Position numbers and translations under genes: made by a program. 64,000 nt of DNA from Epiperipatus broadwayi (lineage: Eukaryota; Animalia; Onychophora). Positions 28,501 to 42,493 of this stretch are shown in pieces. The stretch is taken from NCBI GenBank assembly GCA_028023455.1, contig JAQFVV010000008.1, positions 124,001 through 188,000 of the forward strand. Reading direction: 5' to 3'. The first letter of the stretch is position 1. Every line of letters starts with the position of its first letter. The notes under the pieces were generated by a model. That model ran no database searches and was not told the DNA's origin. It saw nothing but the letters and a program-made list of their open reading frames with translations.

Positions 28501-29539
28501 CTTAGTGATAGATAAGAGACCCTGCCAAAAATCTTTGCCTGAGAACCTGCTTCAGGATTGCAACCATTGATTTTAATTAGTTCATAGTTTTGAATCCAGA
28601 AACATATGTTTACACATGTGCATATCCAATACTTGTTCTCTTGTTCAGCATCATGTATCTAAATAATTTACAGATGGAAATTTTTTGCCAATAATGATCA
28701 GTTATTATTCATGCAAGTCAACACATCCTTTCTTTAGACAGAAATCTCTATTTACACACACATATATATATATAGTACTGTATATTATTTTTGTCAGATC
28801 ACAGAAAAATAGATATGAAAAATATATTTTGATGTGTATATTATTCAATTGCATAAATAATCGTTGATAAGCATTGTGATTTTTTAAATGTTGAACTACT
28901 AATATTTGTAAGAGTTATGACCTACAAATTCTTCTAATGCTTCAGGGTCTGGGTGTAATGTTATTTACTAACCACTTAATGGTTAATTTAAATAACATTA
29001 ATTTTCATTCCTTCCCCTTCTTTTTACAAATATTATTATGAAACTTTAAAATATTTTGATTATCTATAATAGAATTTTTTTAATGCATTTATTAATATTT
29101 ATTTCTCATAACTAAAATAATATGTGTGATTGAATGTAGCTAAAATAGACATAAAATTATATAACAGTTAATCAAAATTTTTTTATTAAACCTGTTTAAG
29201 TACATTTAATTATCTATTAAATTAAAATTATTTAAAGTTCTTTTTAAAACTATTTTTGATTTCATATTATGTAAAATGACCCATGAATATTTTATCGTAA
29301 AGTTTATATGATTTACAAGGTTATTTTTCAAATACTTGTTTGTTGGGATTTTTTTAAATATATATATATCCACATAAATAAATGATATGAAATAAATATG
29401 TAATTTATCTACAGTTCTGAGACCTAAATATTTAATGATAGAGCAACTTAGAGAATCTAGATCTTAAATCAAAATATGGAGATATTACAAGGGGATATCA
29501 AAAGTGAAATAAGTAGATAAATAAATAGAAATAATTGAT

Positions 29540-29790
29540 ATAGAAATAAAATATTTTTAAATGAAATTGGGCAGGATATGTCTTTAGAAAAGATGATAAT
29601 TTATGTACAATTAAGATCTTAAATTTAATATTAAGAGATTGTAAAAGATCTAAAAATAGATCACTTGAATGTGGATGGATGAAATATGGAAAATTTCTGG
29701 AGTGATGTGGGAATATGTAGATCAAAAAGTTGGATTAAACTCAGAGAAGCCCCAATGCAGTGAATTGATAATATTTGAAAATGATGATAC
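29540..29790 (+). mobile_element. Older RTE LINE 3' end
   Basis: tgggcaggatatgtc..agaaaagatgataa...agagattgtaaaagatc...tggatggatgaaat...tggattaaactcagagaagcc...gatgatac; same family as 10345-10776. Confidence 0.7.
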
Positions 29791-31384
29791 TTTTAAACAT
29801 TTATAAAAATCTATTAATAATTTTTATTAGTCATTAGAGAAGATATCCAATAATGAATAATATTTTGTAGTGTAATTTTCACTACATCTCTCATACAAGG
29901 TAGGGATTAGTTTATATCCTCTTAAACACCTTGTGGAGGTATGTAATCATAAACCTATCACTAAAGACATGAAAAATATCTATGATCCTCAAGATGCATA
30001 TTTCATGCTGAACCAGCTATTCATCAGTTGACCCAAACCACAATCTCTTACACATATCTTTATCATTGCTCAGTATATATAAATAGCAAATTACTACAGT
30101 TTAATTGATAAGTGTCAAATGTGCTACCCTTACAATTTTGACACAAATCAACTTGTGTGAGAATGGGGTAGTGAAAATTATATTATTTATAATAAGTATC
30201 TTGAAAAATTAAAGCCCATTATAATAAACTTTATGTTACTGCTTTCTTTATAGTAATCATACTTGCAAAAATTAAATTTAGAAATTGATATTTGTGGTTT
30301 TTGATTTTTTAAAAGTCAATAAAATTGCTCCATTTTTTTGATATACGATATGATTGTAAATTTAATATATGTAGTAAAACTCATCCAGTCTGCCTATCAA
30401 TCCTAAATGAACATATCCAGCTTGTAAACTAGTTTTAACTTAAAGACTTTGATTCACTAACAAGGAAGTAAACAGCTATTGGTTTATTATGTCAACCAAT
30501 TATAGTAAACATATAACTACCTTAAAGCACCTACAACTCTTGTTTACAAGATATAACTACTTTTTCCAAAAGGATTTATTTTTCTCTTATTTATGACAAG
30601 TACTACAAATCATATTTATTACAGTAGTGAAATATGAAAGTACTATTAGGTATTGGACTATATTATATATTTACAATGAACTTGTACACTATCCAAAAAG
30701 AAAAAATATAAACAAAAAAAAAAAACTTTAAAATTCATAGATTTAATAGAATTTTATGATATTCAAACACTCATTTTTCCATCTGAGAATACTATATACA
30801 ATCACTTTTTTTTTTTTAAATTGTAAATAAATTTTATAATATACCAGCAGTTATTTTTCTATTTTGGAGCACTCTCTGTGATCATGTTTATTAATCAAAA
30901 TTTCTTCTATTTATGTTGAAGCACACACATTTTGTTCTTCCTTTATTATTCTTCAATAGCATTTTATATATTAAAATGTTTTCTTAGCTTAATACTAAAA
31001 GTTTTATAAAATTTTATCTCCTACATGAAGTTGATACTGATTTAAAAATATCAAAACAATTAGAAATCATGATTTCTTAACTAGACTACTATTGTGTTTC
31101 TATAAGAGAAAATAGTTATTGAAAAAAAGATTATCCAGAGTATATTATGAAAGTCAGACATTTTCCTATTTACTTTGTTTAAAAAATATGGTATAGTAAG
31201 TTTTTTATACTTATTTTATCGTTGTATGAATGAATGAACACACACTCAATAAAATTTATGTAAATGTATCCCCTCAATTTATTATTAATATATTATTCTT
31301 TTTTTAAAAAAAAAATTGTTTATACTATAATTTTAATTTGTATATGCATACTATACCTATAAAAAAGCATCTATTTTAGATGTA

Positions 31385-31638
31385 AATGCATGCTGATCTT
31401 AAGTATGCTTCTATTGTTCCAATTTTTAAAAATAAAGAGAATAAACAGGATTTCAGAAATTATCATGGAATATTATTATTCATTATAGTAGAGATAATTT
31501 CAATAATTTTGTTGAAAAGATTGTTTCAGTTATAGATGAATAGTTACCAGAGATTCAATATGGTTTTAGATTTACCAGGAATGTGCAATAAAAATATTAG
31601 AAACAAGAATGATTTAGTATCAAACAAGTCTATGGCAT
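31385..31638 (+). mobile_element. RTE-clade LINE RT fragment, left part of the element split by the L1/Tx1 insertion
   Basis: MHADLKYASIVPIFKNKENKQDFRNYHGILL...LPEIQYGFR...NDLVSNKSLW, interrupted at the TSD. Confidence 0.75.
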
Positions 31639-34551
31639 AACAAAATACTACATAAGCTCGGTACAATTATCATGTGCAGTGACTTTAACTGCAGCTACAA
31701 CGACTTGCCACTCACCTTGAAAGCCAAATTCTCGCAACTTGCTCTGCTGCTATTAGCACACCTATATCCAATAAATGCCATTACATTCATGGGTGTACAA
31801 GGCTCCTCTCTCATAGATCTATTTTTTAGTTCTCCTATAAACCTAAAAGCCTCAATTCACCTAAATGCAGTCTCATTTTCTGACCACATCTGTGTAACAC
31901 TCATGAAAAAATGCCTGCAAAATAAACAAACTATATATAAATTTTCATATAAGAAACAACTCCCTAGCCAATTCAAATTTACCATAGATGATTTCTGTAA
32001 TATATTAATAGTAATCAACCATCTACATCAGCTGAAAAATCTCTCTCCAGTTGAAAAATGATCTCAACTAAAAAAAATACTAAAATGTGCTGTTCAGATT
32101 GTGTATCACACTATAACTCAAGCAACTTTATACAGTGACGTATCGAAGACATAAATTCAACCCTTAAAGCTATAACAAGATTTGATGAAGCAAAAGATCT
32201 TATTCATAAGCTCCAATGTGAAAACAAACACTTAACTCAGGTATATAACCAGAACAACATATTTTTAGGCTGAGAAAAATTATACCAAATCTGTCAGCAC
32301 TAACGAAAACCACAATAAATTATACAAAATTTCCAATCCCATATGCTTGTGGCATTCCCATTCTATCAAAAGATAATTCACTTTTCAAATCTCAGAGCAC
32401 TTCACAGCTATCAACAAGTGAAACAAACTTCACACAAAATTACTACATATCAAAACAACAAGTTCTTGATGAAATAGTGTATTTAAAACAACCTAGCTCA
32501 CTAGCAAATGACCTTATTCTAGGTAACATATATAAGCAAGTGGACTACATTATATCTCCATTCCTACAGAAATACTATAATCAACTTTGTTCAAAGGAAT
32601 ATCACATCCCTCACTTATCAACAAATATAATATTCTGCATAAGAAAAAAACTCAAAAAATCAACATTCAACAGTAAATTATTTGCATCTTATTATATTAG
32701 AAGACATTGATCAGAAAATGTTTGCCAGAATCATACTCAAACAGTTAAATGTCTATGCTTTACCTAAGATTTGCACTTTGCCATCAAAGGGCAAAAAGCA
32801 TCTCAAGCAATATTATTAGCACAAGAAACAATACTTTATATCAAACAAAACAAACTAACCAACTATGTGGCATGTCAGGTAGACTTCAAGGCAGCCTTTG
32901 ACATCATAGACTGGAACTTCTTATTCTCTGTACTAAATTAAATGCTATCAAATCACACATACCTTGTTACAGCTATTAAAAACTATCTTAACAATAGAAT
33001 AATTAAACTTAAAAAATTACATGACTCTCAACCCTTTAAGCCAAGTAGAGGCATCCCACAAGGCTCGCCACTTGCATTGTTACTATTTGCGATATACATA
33101 GACCCCATGATTAAAGACATAGAGCAATGCATAGATGGTATTTTTCTTCCACACCTAGGCACAACCGTCAAAATCATATCATATGTTGATGATATTTTGA
33201 TAATATTCAGGGACCTGCAAAATATACCTATGATACTTCATAAACTGAAGAAATTTTAAACTATAACAGGATCCACAATACAAATCATTCTTATGGCAAA
33301 TAGCTACCGGTCACAGTCTTCCCTCACTTTTCACAGGTACATATTCTTCTTTTTTTGGCATATCTATTAATCTTTCAAAAACACAACTAAGTCATCACTT
33401 AAATCTTCTTGTCATAGACAAATTTAATACAAAAATAAAATGCTTCAACTCAAAATTGCTATGGAAGTTCACATCATCAATGCCATTATAGTAGGTATAC
33501 TTGCCTATTACAGCTCGTGGGTGCATCTCCAAAAAAAACTATTAAGTATTTCATGAGAATAGCAAAAACATATATATGGGGATCAACATCTCAACTTTCT
33601 ATCAATCAAAAATACCCATTTCCCAATATGCAAGGTTGGGCTTAACCCTAATAGTTCCACAATCATTCATATCCTACATTAGAGCTAAGATGTACATCGT
33701 AACCATTACTAACCACTTCCTAAAGACAATTCCTTCACCTCTACTACTGCTTGCTATTACTCCATATGCGAATCGCCATTTTTTCACTGATCATGCCATT
33801 GAGCATGCTGATTTACTGGACAATTATAACATTAATACTTTAATTGGTTTATCATACAAAGATCTAAAAAAAATCATTTATCCCGATAGACAACTTTGGT
33901 CAGCTTTATCTACTGCCAGAACACTGACCAAATTTCAAAATTTATGTATGCCTCACTCATGGCTAAAATCTGCTACTTGATATAATACCAACAAAGTTAT
34001 TTCTCATAAAACGCTTTAAATTAAACATAGATCCTACTTGCATACTATGCAATGCACTTCCGGAAAATACATCCCATGTCTTTGAGACATGTCCATATTT
34101 TTCACCCTTATGTCGCTTTGTATTCCACAAAGGCACAATTAATTTTAAAAATATACTCGTAAACAATATAAAGAAATTAAAACCATTCAATGCCTTTGTA
34201 ACCATTCACACTCTCAGAACAATATGGCTTGCCCATTATGCTGTAATCTTAGACAACAAAAAATTCAATGTACTAAAAAAATAAAGAATGGCATAAAATA
34301 TATCTTTATTCTCAAAATTATATACCCAGTAATGTCACAAAAAAAAATATGGCAAAGCAATATATGCCTTAGCTGTTCATTAATGCAATAACAGAAATCA
34401 TCTCATTCCAATTCACTATATTCTAAAAACCTCCTAAGCAATGTAAAAAAATTTTAAAAAAATGTAAAAAGCTCTTAATTAAATATACTAATTCTTGTAA
34501 ATATTTTGTTACTAATAAAGTCTACTTATATATAATAAAATAAAATAAAAA
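31639..34551 (+). mobile_element. 5'-truncated L1/Tx1-type LINE ORF2 (end of endonuclease, RT, C-terminal zinc knuckle) with a 13-bp TSD
   Basis: Peptides: SDFN..TF..SSLIDLFFS..SDH; QVDFKAAFDIIDWNFLF; RGIPQGSPLALLLFAIYIDP; YVDDILI; CILCNALPENTSHVFETC. The tail is (AATAA)n/A-rich. The TSD aagtctatggcat lies at 31626-31638 and 34552-34564. Several stops and frameshifts are present. Confidence 0.9.
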
Positions 34552-35690
34552 AAGTCTATGGCATTGTTTGAAATTTGTCCACCAAAAATTGTTCATATTA
34601 TACAAACTTCTACAAAACATATTGAAAGAAGTATTATTACTACAGGTGGAGAATGTTGAAGCATTTGAAATGAAAATAAGTATTAAACAAGGATGTGTAC
34701 TTGCTCCAATATTGTTTTTAATTTTTATGATTGTGGTTTATGTGACTTTATAGACAGATTAGTGAATCAAGATGCCATACAAATTGTTGGTAGAATGTTT
34801 AAATTGAATCAATTAGAAGCAAAAGCAAGAATTTCATCTTTTTAGATTCCGTATTTACAGGATGTTGATAATTGCACCATTCTTGCTAGTTCAAAAATAA
34901 GATACATAGTGTATTACTGTATTTAATGTTTTGAACGCAACATATGCAGATTTTAGTTTAGTAATTGATATTCAAAAAACTCAAGTTCTTTATACGCTAA
35001 TAATGGAAGAAATATGCTCAGTAATCTTTAGTTGGGATAATTATTAACTTGAGAATAGAAAGCAATTTAAATATCTTAATCATTTTTTTAAGTAGAAAGA
35101 TGAACTTATTAGAGCTTGCTCCTTTTAACAAATTAAAAGTTTTTCCATCAGAGTGAAATATCTACTCTACTAAATTAGTTGTACGTAAAACTGTTATTTT
35201 CGCTAATTTATTGCATAGAAATGAGACCTAGATATCCTATTGATATAATACAAAGCATTAGAAAATTTTATTAAAAAATGTTCTGTAAAATTTTTTAAAT
35301 GTAATGACAAGATCATAAAACCAATCATTGTTATTCTTTAACAGACTAAGTATGATATTATAAAGTCCACAATTATAAAATCATATTTTCGTGACTTCCA
35401 AAAAAATATTTCATCGTGAACTTGAGCACGATTTTCATATGAGAGATAGATTCCATTCATGTTCAAAGATATGCTAAAGTTGTAGTATTGTTGTTGTTTT
35501 TTTAACGGGAAGTTATGGTTGAGAATAGAAAACGTTTGAGAGTTATAAATAGACATCATAGTTTGCCACAAAATAAGATAAAAGGCATTATGTAAAGTAT
35601 CAAACAGAATAATGGAGCAGCATATTCTGTATATGGACGTATTTGCGTTTCACATATTAATTTGTGTTATAATGCAAAAATCATGTCTAG
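34552..35690 (+). mobile_element. RTE-clade LINE RT to 3' end, right part of the split element
   Basis: The frame resumes as EICPPKIVHIIQT...IKQGCVLAPILFLIFM...KALENF...FKDMLK...YGRICVS. Confidence 0.75.
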
Positions 35691-35999
35691 AGTATTACTA
35701 TTTTTTGTCTTTTTTTTTTTTTTTTTTAGAATTGGAACTTTTTTTTTTTTTTAGTAAGCAGCTGATTACAAGTTCTTTTTCTTATTAAAATATATATATT
35801 GTACTGTATTGGAAAGAGAACGAACACTAAAGTTAAACTGAAAAGAGAAGGGCAAAAAAACATTTGATAACAATTTAATGTGTAAGCTATAAAATATTAA
35901 AAGAAATTTTTTTTTTTAAGGAGTGGCAATGATTTTTATAAGGTTAAGTTTAATGAATTGTTTCACTTTATTTTAATTTATCCTGGGATGATGATAATG

Positions 36000-36350
36000 T
36001 AATCTTGTTACGACGAATATGTTTAACGTTATTTATAAAATACGAAAATCATTATTTAATATTATATTTGGTATTTGAATATTAAAAAATGGAGGCAGTT
36101 TTAAACTCTGCGATCCTAGATAATCCTCTTGTGAGTTTGAAAACAGAAATTTTTGCGTAAAAATAATAACGGAATAAAATTATTAAATGAAATTTTTAAA
36201 AGTTTTTTTTTTGTAATTTGAAACTTCAAATATTCGTTATTTTATTGAGAAACAAGTATGCTTATACGATTGGTTTCGATTTCAAAAGAACGGGAAATTG
36301 CTTCCGAAATTAATATTAATAAGTTATCGGGAAATTTAGAGCGTGAAGAG
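36000..36350 (+). promoter_or_regulatory. CpG-retaining island around a candidate first coding exon
   Basis: I count 14 CpG in 36001-36350 and none in a control stretch at about 26000-26350. The island contains the ATG exon at 36089. Confidence 0.55.
36089..36130 (+). CDS. Candidate first coding exon: MEAVLNSAILDNPL (ends in phase 0)
   Basis: The start context is aaaaATGG and the consensus donor gtgagt lies at 36131, inside the CpG-retaining island. Confidence 0.6.
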
Positions 36351-37069
36351 TAACTATTTTATAAATAATAAACTTTATGAAAATATAATTAATAAGTTTA
36401 CATATATAATTGTATGTATGCCTATTTTTACAAATATATATATACTTGTATATTACTCTCTGCTTTCAGATAGTCTACAATTAAACAAATTACTTTTACT
36501 CAAGCGTTCAAAAGATTTGGTGTATACCATATATTTTTCATTTACTTTCAAGATCATTCTTTTCATTCTCCTCTAAACTATCTATTATAAGTTTTAGTAG
36601 ATGATAGTACTATTATATTCTCATCACACGTGTCTGGTTTGTGCCTTTATCTGTAAGGATTTGCTGAAACTAATTCATTTATGCATCTAGTGGTCATCTT
36701 TAATCGTTTTATATTGTCAACATAGTAATCTGAAAATTGCAACTATAATTCTGGAGTAGTGTGCAGAAAATTGCTTTTGTAAGCATATGTTATGAATATG
36801 CAGTGAAAAACATTGTAGATATTATTAGCTTTGATGAAAGAACTCTACAAATAACTTATACAAGTAAATTGACTTGAATTCTAAAATTTACTTTCATATA
36901 TGTATTTTTATTATTAATATGATAGCATAAATGCAAAAGTGCATTTAGTTTTCAATATCAAATTCTTACCAATGACGAAAGTCGGAAACGGTATCCAGTG
37001 TGAACATAATAGAATTGACATTTAGTGTCCATTATTTACTTTGAATGGGTGAAGAAAACTGCTTTTGTT

Positions 37070-37173
37070 GTCAAGCATTGGTGGTCGAGAGGTCAGCGAC
37101 AGCTGCTTTACAAGCAGTTGTCCCGGGTTAGCGGTTTCGCTTCCCAGCTGATGCTATGACACATGAGAAAAAA
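37070..37173 (+). mobile_element. tRNA-Val(TAC)-like short retro-insertion (SINE or tRNA retropseudogene) with a 15-bp TSD
   Basis: It has an A-box-like tggtcgagagg, an anticodon-arm-like GCTGC-TTTACAA-GCAGT, a degenerate T-arm and an A tail. The TSD aaaactgcttttgtt lies at 37055-37069 and 37174-37188. Confidence 0.75.
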
Positions 37174-37414
37174 AAAACTGCTTTTGTTTAAATCAAGCTG
37201 AAAAATTATTTGTGAGTGTTAGTAGGAATATCAATTCTCATTGAATTTTTAAAGCTTTATGTCCATGTAATACATCGAACACAATAATTTCAATTGATCT
37301 GGGGATTTTTTAGTTGATAATTAATATCTGTCAATTAATAGCAAACTCTCTATATCATGTGATGTTTTGATGGTTTTATCTGTCAATTAGTTTGAGTCCA
37401 CAATTGTATTATAG

Positions 37415-37446
37415 TATGATGACAGCGGTTATGCTACTGAGATCAA
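37415..37446 (+). CDS. Candidate 32-nt exon (phase 0 to 2): YDDSGYATEI
   Basis: Acceptor gtattatag (AG 37413-14) and donor gtcagt at 37447. The phase fits both neighbours. Confidence 0.5.
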
Positions 37447-39596
37447 GTCAGTGTCTGACCTTATAGTGTTCATCGTTATGTATTTTGCTTTTACTTATCA
37501 AAAGTTCTAACACTTTTTATTCAAACCTCTTAAAATAACAGAAGACAACTTTATTTTATGCAAATTTACATTAACACATAGACAAAGAGAAGGGGAAGAC
37601 AAGTAAATAAATGATCGCAAAAGAAAAAATACAAAATTATTTTGCAATTTTTTTTTTTAATATGTTATTCTATTAAAGTATATTACATGTTTTTAATAAT
37701 TAGTTGACCTTCTGCTAACTTTTAGCTACGGAAAATTATTGCACTATTTAAAGCTTTATATTCTTGGGCTGTATTCCGAATAGTTGTTTAGCCTCGGGTT
37801 AAAAGATAAAAAAGAAGATTAAAGTATATATATATGTATATTTGTAAGAACGAAGCAATTCTGAGTTATTTTTTCTCTTCGTATTTTTGCAATCTGACAC
37901 TTCCATGTCTACACGTTTGCATAAATTATTCCTCTCACATAATCACCTTTACTAAATGCTCACCTTTGAATTATCACAGTTGTCAGTCAGTCGTTTTTTA
38001 ATAAATAAATAAGTACTTTTGCTGCCTTTGCAATCATCTTCTTAGTACTATAGAATGTCTATTAAATCTTTTTAACTTCTAAGGTATTATAATATTGAGT
38101 ATGCATTTGTGACCTGCTGCTTGAATTTATATTTATCTTTTTCATTACAAGTATCAGCAGGTGATGAGATAAAGCTACGCAATTAAATTTAGTTTCATTA
38201 ATTATAACAAGATCTCTTACAAAGATTTAAACAAGTTTTCGCATTATTGGAATTAAAAATCATTTAACATTCACTATTTTTTGTGATAAAATTTAATACG
38301 ATAATGCAAAAATATTGTAATAACAATAATGATCACAATGTTGATAATTGTAAAAGAAGAAAAAATCATTCCTTCTTCTTTTTTTTTTCCTGTTAGATAT
38401 CCACCAAAATTTTTGTTTATTGTCCCAGAACATCTTTTTTAAAAACGTCCATTTTAAAATAGGAGATTTATGCATATAAAAATGTTTTAACATCTTTTTT
38501 TTTAAAAAAAATATGTCTCTACTGCTAAAGTATTTGTACTACGGTTCTTTTTAATTTTTTTCAATATATATATTCAACATCTCTTCATTTTTAATTTTTA
38601 TACTTTCTAAATTCATATTTTTAAAACCTCTGATTTTTTCTCTTTTTATATTCCCTTTAATTCTCCCCTACTTTTATAGACCATAAAATAAATTCCCTCC
38701 TAACCTTATGAAGATTTGTTTAAACATTCCATTTGTCTCATATCTTTATCATTACCTTCGATAATCAATTATCTGATTTCATAAGTATTTTAAAGCAATA
38801 TCTTGCTTTATAATTTCCATCTAATTACAATTTTAATATTCTTTTTTATCTCAAATTGTTTCCGTATTTCAACATATTCATTTACCCTTTAATTAAATAT
38901 ATTTTTATATTTTGTGATAAATACAAATAATATATACATACATATTAATTCTCAACTTTCATAAATTTATCTTATATAAATCAGAATTTCCATAAATGTT
39001 TCCAAATGTATCAAAGTGCAAAAAGGAAATCAAAAATGTGATTATAAAGTCAATATAGTATACTTAGTTCTTGGCTGTTTCATGCAGTGTGGACATTAAT
39101 TGCTTATGATATATTGTAGCGATTATTTTTATTTGTTTAAAAATATTTTCATATTCTAAACTATGAACCTAAATAGGAATTCATGTAAAAATTTAAGTTA
39201 AACAAGAGATGGAACATTTATTTTGCATAAGAAGATATTGCTTGTATATATATAAATGTTACGTCTTTAAGAACTTCTATTTACTTTATCATATTTTAAA
39301 AAAATAAGTAAAGACATCAGAAAATGTAAGTGATTCTGAATATTTATTTCTAATGAATTAGTGTCTTGATCCAAATCATTATATTTATCTCAAATATTTT
39401 TTTTATTAATTATTTAAATATAATATTTTATCGTGATTTAATCTATAAACAGTACACTGTTGCACATTTTAACTAAGATTTCTATATTTTTAGATAAATA
39501 TGTTGATGTTACTAATAATTATTTGTTAAGCTGTAGATTGTTGTATTAATTATTAGCTCAGATATAGACTTCAAAATTAAAATCAATACATTGTAG

Positions 39597-39647
39597 CAAT
39601 AGCTGTCTTCCTGATGATGATGATGGAGCTTATAATGATTCATATAA
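39597..39647 (+). CDS. Candidate 51-nt exon (phase 2 to 2): NSCLPDDDDGAYNDSY
   Basis: Acceptor acattgtag and donor gtatac at 39648. The length is a multiple of 3 and the phase fits its neighbours. The pyrimidine tract is weak. Confidence 0.45.
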
Positions 39648-39716
39648 GTATACGTATTAATTAAAAAAGTAAGTCATATATAACGTGACATTACTTTTAT
39701 AAGCTTGTAGTTACAA

Positions 39717-39771
39717 AAATGCAATACAGAGAACATACCAATAGCTTGTGAATGCTCTCTGTATTGCATTT
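39717..39771. repeat. 55-nt hairpin with perfect 16-bp arms
   Basis: aaatgcaatacagaga (39717-32) pairs with tctctgtattgcattt (39756-71), with 3 more pairs after one mismatch. Confidence 0.85.
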
Positions 39772-42493
39772 AAGTATACATATTATACACTAATGAGCAG
39801 ATAACTTCTGGCATATAACTCAATTATTTTAAAATAATATGCATTTCATCAGTTTATCAAAGATTAATTGACCTTTTAATTTTTATTAAAAATGGATATT
39901 GATGATTATGATCAAACTTTCTGTTCCTTATATAACTGCTTATATAAGAGATCTTTATTATATTTACTGATCATCATACATAAAATCTATGTCAGAAAAT
40001 CTCATCTAACATTCATTCATAAAGGTTTATTTGATTGTACAGAGTTTGAACTTCATTAATTCTAATTTAAGCCCCATTTTCTTCTAAGAATGACCACATA
40101 TGAATTTATTACCTTCTGGTATCATCACCACAGTTCTCACAATAACAATCTCATTTTGCTTCCCTCAGAATATGAGCACTCAGGATTAGCAGAGTATAGT
40201 TGTGTATGTATTGGAGTTGGAACTATTAAAAGAAGAAAACACAGAAACATAATTTATTTTATATAATCTCTGTTGATGTTGGAATTACCTATAGACATGA
40301 TTACTCGATGACTAAACTAATAAATCAATAAACATCATCATGAAAGAATATAGAAGATTCATTATAAATGTCATAATTAAATCTACATACACATTTAAAG
40401 AACATATATAATAGCTTGTGTTACATTAATAAAAAATTTGCAATAATAATAACAATAAAAAAAATTTAATGTCTATATTCAAAAATATAAGTAAAGTTAT
40501 ATTTTTAAGGAGGCCTCTTATCTATATGCATATACATTTATGTTCTCAGTATAGATTTCTCTATAAAATTGAATAAGTTTATTGCTGGTGGATAAGTTTG
40601 GGTGTTGATTCTAGTTGAGTTTTCCTTGGTTATGTTAGTCTGCTGTTTAAATATATGAACCATACAAGTGCAGGTGATGAAATCAGGTTTGTGGTAAACC
40701 CTTGGCTTTTTCTAGGCATTTTCAAAGTTAATAAGGATACATTGTTTAGGCTTTGATTGGCATTCATCAAATGAACTTAGTAAATTATGTTTCTTATTTT
40801 TACTTCATAGAATTTCAACATTCTAGCTATTTTTATATCTGTCCTGGAAAGTATTATAACAACATTCTTCTTAGATTATGTATATTGCTTCAGAAGCTAG
40901 AATTGAAGTCTTTACTAACTATACAATGCTACAACATTCATTTTGGCTTCCCACAGATGTTTTTCATTTTTCTTCTTCATTCTTTTTTATAGCTTTTGCC
41001 CTCTTAAGTACAACTCTTCCAAAAAAGCCTTCACTTGTTTTTACTTTCTCTAGTGATTTGTCTCTACCAATTAATTTTATGATTAGCCTTAATTATACAT
41101 TATACAATTGAATTTAACTTTAATTAATCTGGAAAATTACTTTTAATTAGTTTTTTTTTTGGATAGATTTTAACTTTAACAAATATATATATATATATTA
41201 ATAACTTACACATATTAATTAAGGTGCATGATGCTTTACAGACTCTACAAATATCTTTTTATGAATAAACATATTACAAATATAATTTAATTTATATATT
41301 CAAACGAGTCTAAAACATCATTCGAGAAAAAAAAATTTCTATATTATATTTCTTGCAAACATTTTACGTCATTTGATTTAGTCCTCTATTCTTAGCTTGA
41401 TTAATTTAGAAGGTTTGCATGCGCTAGAGCTATCCGAAATTGCAACTTTACAATATATATAAGAAAAGATTATGAAAATCTGAGGAAAACTTGCATTGAG
41501 TAGAAATACTCTACTTCTATAATCTCTCTCTCTCTCTCTGAGCTTGAGGCAATCAGATATCATTTAAAAAATAAAAAAAATCAGTAAAAAGACTTTCCTC
41601 AAAAACTATGATTATTAATAAAATCATAAAATAATAGATTATATAAAATATTGAGAGTACTTTTTAGTTTGGATTTGTTGGTTTTAGAATTAAATTATAA
41701 GTTTAGCCCTTAAATATTACCCACATACCTTAATTAAATATACTAATCATTAATATTTTATTTTTGTTATGCTTATAATTTTAAAGTTAAAATTCCTGTT
41801 TTATTTTCCTAAAATAATAATAATAATATCAATGGAACGAATATGTTGTCAATGACATATAAGTAATTGCACATTGCCGCGAATGTTCAAAATAAGAATT
41901 AAAAAAAAAAACTTTAACAATTATTTCTTTTACTATTTAATTTAATTAACTAATACAATTTCTTTTTTCTTTTTTTTTTTTGCACTTACAATAAACCTGA
42001 TAATGAAGATATCAAATCATATATAATATTTAATTCAATATCAGTGTTCAAACTTAGTCCTTTTTCTGTAACTTGATTTATTCATATTATTACAGGGCTT
42101 TTCTCCCACCTATTTTATTTCATCATTAATTTATATTCCTAAATATATTACTTTCTATCCAGAAAAGCTCCAAAAAATACCCATCAGGTTTCTTAATATT
42201 TTTTTTTTCTGAAAAAAAGATAATGGTAATTATTTATAAATTAATAATAAACAAGTATTTTTTTGAAATAAAAGAACAACTAAAGAACAATCTGTCAGAG
42301 GATATGAAATTCATTATAACTTTTCGGTATGGTTCAGTGCAATGTTGTGTGGTGGAGTAAAAATTTTAGGTTTAATTCTCAGCAAATAATGTAAATTTAA
42401 AAAATCTTGATTCAAAGTATCTGAGTGAACTGCTAATTGCTCCTTCTTCACTGGTGTATGAGTTATGAAATTAATCATATAATTTTGCTTTAC

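Noticed and set aside
36089-36130. FIS1 assignment, because MEAVLN matches the human FIS1 start
   Set aside because: It is only a 6-residue match, and I found no downstream exon resembling the FIS1 TPR region (FEYAWCLVRS).
36975-37005. gtcggaaacg..tcca.agtg shared with about 61278-61300
   Set aside because: It is too short (about 20 nt) to define an element, and GAAAC is not accompanied by a hammerhead core.
40600-41110. ORFs 40753-40992 and 40878-41111
   Set aside because: They have F/L/S/I-rich low-complexity composition typical of the antisense of a decayed LINE RT, so they are not genes.
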